DNA from: a virus | Taxonomy: Duplodnaviria; Caudoviricetes | IMG/VR virus record: IMGVR_UViG_3300030376_004208 | Span: 1 to 41,325 of that record | Length of the DNA: 41,325 nucleotides | Reading direction: 5' to 3' (one strand) | Shown here: piece by piece, positions 35,205 through 41,325 of the stretch | Layout: each line of letters begins with the position of its first letter | Position numbering within the stretch: position 1 is the first letter of the stretch | Made by a program: the position numbers and the translations under genes | The notes under the pieces: model-generated | What the model saw: the letters and a program-made list of their open reading frames with translations, nothing else | Told to the model about the DNA's origin: nothing | Database searches by the model: none

Positions 35205-37208
35205 TTAACTGTTTGTAATTGTGTACACATCTAAATTTTCATCAATAGCAAATATGTCTAACACATCTGAACTACCCATGTCTAATTGATACCATATAGC
35301 TTTACCGCCCTTAGCTGCTTGTATATCGAAGGAATATATGTTTTGCTTATCATCACCGAACCGACATAATAATCGAGCTTTTTTAGGGTCATAAAAGAAT
35401 TTGGAATTTTTTAAATTTGTTTTCGCCTGGTAAACATTTTTAATTGGCTCAGTAATTGGAGAAATATTAAATCCACTATCCATTACATAAGCATTATCTG
35501 CACCAGCAAAAAAGGTTTGAGAACCGACAGTGACTATAGAATTAGGAGCTATGCAGCCAAAGTTATCTTCACTTTCAATTAAACTAAAATCACCTGGATT
35601 TGTTGAAGGTATATCTAATCGATAAATACCTCGTTCCATAAATACAACTAAGGACCCAAGCTGATTAGCTAGTCCAGTGATCGCACCACCTTGAATATCT
35701 TTTATTTGTATATAGTTTACGATAGGTAAAACATCTGGTTGTCCCATCTCAGAATAAATAATCCAGTCTTCATGGTCCTCAGCATCGCCATCTGGATCTA
35801 ATCGAACATTACCAACAAATTGCCTTCCACTTATAAATGCAGAGTATTTGTGATTTACTGTTATTTTTGTCTTTTTATTTAAAGGGTGTAATCCACCATC
35901 TAAATAATCATAATCGTAAAAATATAAAGTAACATCATTACTATTTATTTCGTAACGATATCCATCAGATAAAGCTACTGTAACACTACCAGTCTGAGTT
36001 AATGGGTTACTTAACTTAACTACACGATCTTTACTATCTACTACTATTTCTTCAATAGACGGACTATCATCGAAAGCCACTCTACCATTTGCTTCTCCAG
36101 AGTACCAAGACCATGAATCTTTATATAAAATAGTTTTACCATAATAACCACCGCTACTTTCATTGAGTATATTTGATTGGCTATTTTCTCCCTGTGCTTG
36201 TTTTGTGAATGTAAAACTTTGGTCCCATTTAACACTAGACCCAAAAGTATCACCAGCTTTCAATGTTACAGTTTTTCCATTCCAAGCAACTCCATCATTT
36301 AATTCATTACCATCTAAATAAAATGTAGTATTTCCACCCCAGTCAGTTGGAGCAGAAGATGGAAATTTATCTGAATAAGCAACATTATCTAATACTTCAG
36401 CAGTCTCTGATCCCATTGCATCCTCATGGGTGGATTTTGTACTAATAGGAATTGTTCTTATTAAATAATAAACTGGGTCAATATTACCAGTTGCTGTAGC
36501 GGAATAAGATCTATAAATATTTACAGCGGTTATTCTTGGATTGAAATCATTAGTTGCCTTACTCATTTTAAAAGGAACTTTTAAAGTTTTATCGTTATTA
36601 TTAAGCTTATAATAACTAAAACCATCTGTTTGTGGATGCTCTTGTACCCCATCAAATACTGGTACAAACATGTAATAGTAGTAACCTCCTTGCCGATTTC
36701 CGTTTCCAATTTCTGTTATGGGATCATATGTCCAAGTAGTTGGAAGAGATGGTGTAGCATCGTCATAGTGAATAGCGTTAAATGTGTGCCCACCAAAAAA
36801 ATAACTTCTATTAATTTTCTGATAAACACCAGCCTTACTAAATAAATCATTTGCAAATCTAAGGGTCCTACCAAAGTTTGATATTTTTATATCGGTTACA
36901 TCACTGTGCAATGTTTTTATATCAGATGCACCAGTAAAGTTTGCTGCACAAGTTTTTATTTTATCTGCTTGTGTTTCGTAATACACCCATACTGGACTAG
37001 TTAAATCTTGATTGGTCCATTTAGTAATTTGTCCAATAAAGTCCCCACTTAAAGTAGTAGTTGCTCCTCTACCATCTCGCTTAACTAATTTACCAGGAAT
37101 ATTTGTTTCAAAATTGACACTAGAAATAGCAGCATCATTTTGAATATCTTCAGGATCAGCGTTAGTTACTAAGCCGCCATCAAATATTGGGATTTTGATA
37201 AAACTCAT
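35205..37208 (-). CDS. Tail nozzle / DNA stabilization protein (P22 gp10-like)
   Basis: FDGGLVT...DP N-terminus; beta-propeller signatures IYSE, GAITGL, LVVFME, GCIAPNSIV; follows the adaptor genes. Confidence 0.7.
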   Translation of the reverse strand: MSFIKIPIFDGGLVTNADPEDIQNDAAISSVNFETNIPGKLVKRDGRGATTTLSGDFIGQITKWTNQDLTSPVWVYYETQADKIKTCAANFTGASDIKTLHSDVTDIKISNFGRTLRFANDLFSKAGVYQKINRSYFFGGHTFNAIHYDDATPSLPTTWTYDPITEIGNGNRQGGYYYYMFVPVFDGVQEHPQTDGFSYYKLNNNDKTLKVPFKMSKATNDFNPRITAVNIYRSYSATATGNIDPVYYLIRTIPISTKSTHEDAMGSETAEVLDNVAYSDKFPSSAPTDWGGNTTFYLDGNELNDGVAWNGKTVTLKAGDTFGSSVKWDQSFTFTKQAQGENSQSNILNESSGGYYGKTILYKDSWSWYSGEANGRVAFDDSPSIEEIVVDSKDRVVKLSNPLTQTGSVTVALSDGYRYEINSNDVTLYFYDYDYLDGGLHPLNKKTKITVNHKYSAFISGRQFVGNVRLDPDGDAEDHEDWIIYSEMGQPDVLPIVNYIQIKDIQGGAITGLANQLGSLVVFMERGIYRLDIPSTNPGDFSLIESEDNFGCIAPNSIVTVGSQTFFAGADNAYVMDSGFNISPITEPIKNVYQAKTNLKNSKFFYDPKKARLLCRFGDDKQNIYSFDIQAAKGGKAIWYQLDMGSSDVLDIFAIDENLDVYTITNS

Positions 37209-38143
37209 AAATAAACATTTCCAAATACATCTGCTACTGTTTGAACTCCATCGATACCCTTATGTCTTATTTGAATTTTTGTCTGCTGCTTATCTAAATC
37301 ATATTTATTACGATAATATTGAGCACCACTTCCATCACCATTATCTTCTGCTAAAGCTGCCTTCGCATAACAAACTAAATAAACATGGTAATTTTCTGGT
37401 ATTGTTGGACTAGATCCAATACCAGTATAATTATAGAGTACACCATTTACATCAGCTATACCACCTAATCCAATGCTTTGCCAATTAGCTAATAATGTGG
37501 ACCAACTATTCCCAAAATTTGTAAGCCACATTCCTTGCTCATCGCCTTCAGTTACTATAACCTCATTATCTTGAAAAGCACCACTAACTGATCCTAATAC
37601 TAATGTACCTTTTTTCTGAGCAACATCAATTCTTTCTACAACAATCCCAGATGCTGATGAGGTCCTACCAGATATTTTATTACCTATATAAAATTGATCA
37701 GACTCTAGATCATCATATTGTAACCTCTTATAAGTTACAGAATCATCTAATTGAGTTGGCCTTGCGACATATGAAAAGGTTACTAATCCAACTGAAGATA
37801 TAGCTGGATAAATATACATTTTATCACCTCTGATAAAATAACGATCTGGATTACCAGTTTTTATTGTACCATCAGTTCTATAGCGAGAAAAGTCCTCAAA
37901 ATGAGAGACTCTATCTAAGGTCTTAGTTTTAAATTCTACATTGCCCTGAAGCTCTACAAAGTCTTTCGGTAATTCTATAAAATCATCACCATCATAAGGC
38001 ATATAAGAAAAGTTTTTTACATGACAATAAGTTCCAAGTGAAAAGTCTTCTTCAGCTTCCTGTAAATACTTCTTAACCTTTGTCCTGGGTACATCTGGAC
38101 CAAAGGATGTAAGAACCCTATCGATCAAAGTTTCCCAGGTCAT
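37205..38143 (-). CDS. Head-tail adaptor-like protein with inserted domain
   Basis: MTWETLIDRV...LP.DF...G.P..Y...IYP...PTIPENYH..LV.YA pattern. Confidence 0.65.
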   Translation of the reverse strand: MTWETLIDRVLTSFGPDVPRTKVKKYLQEAEEDFSLGTYCHVKNFSYMPYDGDDFIELPKDFVELQGNVEFKTKTLDRVSHFEDFSRYRTDGTIKTGNPDRYFIRGDKMYIYPAISSVGLVTFSYVARPTQLDDSVTYKRLQYDDLESDQFYIGNKISGRTSSASGIVVERIDVAQKKGTLVLGSVSGAFQDNEVIVTEGDEQGMWLTNFGNSWSTLLANWQSIGLGGIADVNGVLYNYTGIGSSPTIPENYHVYLVCYAKAALAEDNGDGSGAQYYRNKYDLDKQQTKIQIRHKGIDGVQTVADVFGNVYL

Positions 38144-38805
38144 TATGATCTCCCTTTAGTGCCTATTCCACTAGGGGCTTCTCCTGCATATCTAGCATTT
38201 AATGCTTCGATCATTGTTCCAGCGTTGGCTTGTGCAGAAGTAGCTCTATCAGATTTTGCATCCATTTTCCATAACTGCGATTCTGCTAGGTCCACAACAA
38301 TTTCATGTAGTGCTGGATTCAGTTCGCATTCAGCAGTTAAAACTTGACTTACATTTGTTACTGCATTGCCGCTAGTAAATTTAAGCGGAGCTCTAATATA
38401 CCAGACTACAATTGTATCTGTAGCTGTAATTCCTTCTACATAAATTTTCTCACCAAATACATACGCAACTGGATTTGCTACACTTCCAGCTAAATAAGTA
38501 TTTTCTAATCTTTTTAAATCACTAGGCTCTATTAGTGTGGCCCATTTACCATCACTATCTTTCACAGCAACAACTCCATTACGAATTGGAGCAGTTGTCA
38601 TATCTGAAAAAGCTAATGCACCAGCAGTCATTGCTGTTGCAGCTTGTATAGCCTGAAGCTCAACTAAGTAAGCATTATTAACCAAGTTAACGACACTAAT
38701 CTGAGCAATATTTAATGCATCTATTTTAGCAGCCTGAGTAAAACTTGATTCTTGCGGATCTTCTAATCTAAGACCCAGTGTGGATAACATTTCGTTTCCA
38801 GTCAT
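38143..38805 (-). CDS. Head-tail adaptor-like protein
   Basis: MT..EM...L.LRLED...LN.AQ...WYIRAP...CEL...LHEIVVDLA pattern; downstream of the capsid gene. Confidence 0.65.
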   Translation of the reverse strand: MTGNEMLSTLGLRLEDPQESSFTQAAKIDALNIAQISVVNLVNNAYLVELQAIQAATAMTAGALAFSDMTTAPIRNGVVAVKDSDGKWATLIEPSDLKRLENTYLAGSVANPVAYVFGEKIYVEGITATDTIVVWYIRAPLKFTSGNAVTNVSQVLTAECELNPALHEIVVDLAESQLWKMDAKSDRATSAQANAGTMIEALNARYAGEAPSGIGTKGRS

Positions 38806-38823
38806 AAAATTTTCCTTTTTAAA

Positions 38824-38856
38824 TCAGGCTGGACTCGCAAACCCAGTCCAGCCTGA
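38824..38856 (-). terminator. Strong hairpin after the capsid/decoration genes (terminator or attenuator)
   Basis: TCAGGCTGGACT-9 nt-AGTCCAGCCTGA perfect 12-bp stem, then TTT on the minus strand. Confidence 0.65.
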
Positions 38857-38885
38857 ATGATAAACAAACTACTTAGTAAAAGTAA

Positions 38886-39116
38886 TTAAGATTGTGTTCC
38901 TACCTTAACCCAAGTTCCAGTTGCAGCAGTACAGATGTACAGTTCGCCAGTACTAGTGTTAACATATAAAGATCCCTTAATTGCAGCGTGGTTAGCAGCA
39001 CCTTGACCAGTGTAGAAACTAACTCCACCAATCTTAGTATGAACAAATCCACCAGCATCCACTTCACCAAGTTGTCCTACTTGCTTTTTATCAGAATCTG
39101 ATTGAGCTGTAGCCAT
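38886..39116 (-). CDS. Capsid decoration / small head-fibre protein
   Basis: KGSLYVNTSTGELYI...W motif; directly after the capsid gene; SD AGGAG. Confidence 0.55.
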   Translation of the reverse strand: MATAQSDSDKKQVGQLGEVDAGGFVHTKIGGVSFYTGQGAANHAAIKGSLYVNTSTGELYICTAATGTWVKVGTQS

Positions 39117-39128
39117 AGTCTAATCTCC

Positions 39129-40103
39129 TTAAGAGTAATTAGTGGACAGTCCAGTGATCTTTCCCTGACGAGAGCGATTTGAACAAGTCAAAGCTCCAAG
39201 CCATAAGATCTTAGCAACTGCCGCATCTTGGTTAACTGGTTTCTGGAATCCTTCAAAAACAAAATTCCTTTTACGATGATGCCTAAATTGCAGATATTTC
39301 TCATTTAAGAAATACATTTCCCCAGCAGGGCAATGATCATCTACCACAATTGGTGTACCACGATACATCAAGTTTTGAAACCCAGCATCAGCAAGTGACT
39401 GAGATGAAGCACCGAAACGCTTCTGAGCAGTCAATACTTCTTCATAAGCATCAAATACAACTTGAGTGGTTACAATTAATGTAGGAACATCATTATCAAC
39501 AGTACACTGACCATACATCTCACGAATTTGCTTTAAGATATAATCAGCATGAGTGCTGTCTACCATATTAGCATAAGATGCTGATCCACTAGCAGCTTCC
39601 TGAGCTTTCCACCAAGTATAAGTGCCACTATTAATGCCACCAATAGTGTTACCACTATTTTCGACAATTGCACCTAAACCAAGAAAACCAGTTGCTACAG
39701 CAGTGTTAGTACCGAACAATGTAGTTCCAAACATATCTTTGATAGATTTTTCTGCATTCTTTACTTTAGCTTCAACAAGATCAATTACACGCTCTGCACC
39801 ATCATTAAGCATTTCTTCTTTACCAGAAATACTGATAGTAGCATAACCCTGAACCCAGTCATAAGCTGCATCTGTGAATACTTCAGTTGGAGTTGTGTCC
39901 AACACATCGTAACCACTATAGTAACCCTTTGCAGATGCCTTAGCATATTCAAGGGGTTGAAGCACCTTATTACCTGAAACCGCAGCTTTTGACTTCCGCA
40001 GCATTCTATGAGTAAGGATATTGGAATTGAAAATGTTATCAACTAATAAAGGGATGTATTTATCACGAGTTAACGCACTAAGATTGTTATAATCTAATGA
40101 CAT
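39129..40103 (-). CDS. Major capsid protein (HK97 fold)
   Basis: 324 aa; LVDNIF.SN, Y.W......ISISG.E...N, GFQNLMYRG.PIVVD, YFLN..YL, LGALTCSNR..QG pattern; follows the acidic scaffold. Confidence 0.88.
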   Translation of the reverse strand: MSLDYNNLSALTRDKYIPLLVDNIFNSNILTHRMLRKSKAAVSGNKVLQPLEYAKASAKGYYSGYDVLDTTPTEVFTDAAYDWVQGYATISISGKEEMLNDGAERVIDLVEAKVKNAEKSIKDMFGTTLFGTNTAVATGFLGLGAIVENSGNTIGGINSGTYTWWKAQEAASGSASYANMVDSTHADYILKQIREMYGQCTVDNDVPTLIVTTQVVFDAYEEVLTAQKRFGASSQSLADAGFQNLMYRGTPIVVDDHCPAGEMYFLNEKYLQFRHHRKRNFVFEGFQKPVNQDAAVAKILWLGALTCSNRSRQGKITGLSTNYS

Positions 40104-40122
40104 TTATCTCTCCTTTTTTTAA

Positions 40123-40986
40123 TTAAGCGAATAAATCGTACTTTAAAGCCATTTCTCTAGCTTCGTCAAAATCCTTGGCTTTGGCATTAGTTGGAGAACG
40201 ATCTCCATCATGTTTTACCGAAGCTTCAGGAATTGCCTTAGCAGAATTGGCTTCTTCCAAAGTTTTCTTAGCCTTAGCAAATGCACTTTCTTCAGTTGCT
40301 TGATGATTGGTAAGAACAAAAGCATCCTCTAGATTATCTAGATTTTTTGCTACAGCAGTTTCAAGTACTTGTTCAATTGCATCGTTACGACCTTCCAGTT
40401 CTGGATGGGCCTTAACTAATGATGCTATATCACGCTCTACCTCTGCTACAGCTTCTCGCTCTTGTAACTTTCCTTCAAGCTCCGAGATTCGATTCTCTAA
40501 TGGATTCGATTCTGTCGTGTCCTGATTGGGAACATTTACTGGCTCTTCTATAGATTTAAAGATTGTATGGTCCTCACCTAAGTAATCTTTAAGAGTATCC
40601 ATTAAATCCTCATCTTCTCGAATCGAATTAAATTTTCCTCTTTCAGATTCCAGTTCTTTACGCATTTCTGCGAGTTCCTGGGCCTTTTGGGTATTAGACT
40701 TTTGCCATTCGCTTCTGTTTTGAGAATCATCGAGAGCTAACTCAAGGTCCTCATACGAATAGTTTTTACCATTAATCTCTATCTCTTCAATAGAAGGTGC
40801 TTCTTCAACTTGATCTAGTTGCTCAGTTTCCTGAGTCTGATCAGGTTCAGTGGTTACTTCACTGTTGGGATCATTACTTTCCGAAGAGGGCTCCGCTGCA
40901 ATAGACTCATCGACCATGAGTCCAGAGGCAGTTTCTGCATCTACTTCGGCTCCATAAAGACCACCGACTATATTTTCTTCCGACAT
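40123..40986 (-). CDS. Capsid scaffolding protein
   Basis: Very acidic coiled coil with TQKAQELAE; between portal and capsid genes. Confidence 0.8.
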   Translation of the reverse strand: MSEENIVGGLYGAEVDAETASGLMVDESIAAEPSSESNDPNSEVTTEPDQTQETEQLDQVEEAPSIEEIEINGKNYSYEDLELALDDSQNRSEWQKSNTQKAQELAEMRKELESERGKFNSIREDEDLMDTLKDYLGEDHTIFKSIEEPVNVPNQDTTESNPLENRISELEGKLQEREAVAEVERDIASLVKAHPELEGRNDAIEQVLETAVAKNLDNLEDAFVLTNHQATEESAFAKAKKTLEEANSAKAIPEASVKHDGDRSPTNAKAKDFDEAREMALKYDLFA

Positions 40987-41061
40987 CTTGTTCTCCTAAT
41001 GTTAGTCAAAAAATAAACTCTCAAAATTTTCAACAAATAATCCTTTATCAAACTCTAAACG

Positions 41062-41077
41062 ATGACTTTTTATTTTT
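41062..41077 (-). promoter_or_regulatory. Candidate late-promoter motif upstream of scaffold/capsid
   Basis: ATGACTTTTTATTTTT, 15/16 identical to 4370-4385. Confidence 0.45.
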
Positions 41078-41325
41078 TATGAAGGTATGCGATTCATTAA
41101 GTTTGGATCTTCTTCCAGTCTTTGCATTATTTCATCTTCATCAGTTCCTAGATCTGCGATCTCCTGATCACTCATAGGCTCCATCTCACTTTGCATCGCA
41201 GCTTGTTGGTCCATCATAGATTGCATTAGTTTTTCTTTTCCAGGTAATTCAATATTTTCTAGCACCCACAAAGGATCTGTAATTATTCCCATTTGCATAA
41301 GCTGCATAATTTTATTTTCCTGGAA
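41077..41325 (-). CDS. Portal protein C-terminal part (joins 1..1632)
   Basis: In frame with the portal through the 99-bp overlap. Confidence 0.88.
   Translation of the reverse strand, partial: FQENKIMQLMQMGIITDPLWVLENIELPGKEKLMQSMMDQQAAMQSEMEPMSDQEIADLGTDEDEIMQRLEEDPNLMNRIPS
41227..41325. repeat. Terminal overlap (copy 2)
   Basis: Identical to 1-99. Confidence 0.97.

Noticed and set aside
679-41016. Numerous short plus-strand and nested ORFs in the track (e.g. 679, 2175, 5265, 7726, 9599, 20359, 28605, 31447)
   Set aside because: Shadow frames overlapping well-supported genes, with no SD or recognisable motifs.
41077-41307. 76-aa ORF as a separate gene
   Set aside because: It is the in-frame C-terminus of the portal that starts at 1632.
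41227-41325. 99-bp terminal direct repeat as a biological DTR
   Set aside because: It falls mid-portal and its length matches a common assembler k-mer; best explained as circular overlap.

Overview
The window is a complete, circularly assembled temperate tailed-phage genome of about 41,226 bp; bases 1-99 are repeated at 41227-41325, and the portal gene runs across that junction. Nearly all genes are on the minus strand. The late module is podovirus-like (P22-type): terS, terL, portal, scaffold, major capsid, two adaptor-like proteins, nozzle, accessory fibre proteins, ejection proteins including a 2863-aa polyvalent protein, a 1920-aa tail fibre with an S74-type chaperone, and a lysis cassette. 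The early module is lambdoid-like: Xis/Cox-like HTH, SEC-C and Zn-finger proteins, a PD-(D/E)XK exonuclease, SSB, further nucleases, a replication initiator with internal iterons, and RusA. Only the integrase (with a small RHH-like gene) and the repressor are on the plus strand. attP is the 3' half of a tRNA-Val(GAC) at about 12821-12866, flanked by arm-like repeats, about 7 kb from the integrase. Most notable: (1) a repressor with a PAS-like sensor domain instead of an S24 autoprotease; (2) a third arm-site copy inside a tiny leader ORF coupled to terS; (3) a multi-enzyme injected polyprotein with repeated junction motifs; (4) a GATC-free tail-fibre cassette in a GATC-rich genome; (5) a lysine-rich micro-peptide in a lysis cassette with no obvious spanin. 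All family assignments are by motif recognition, not database search.
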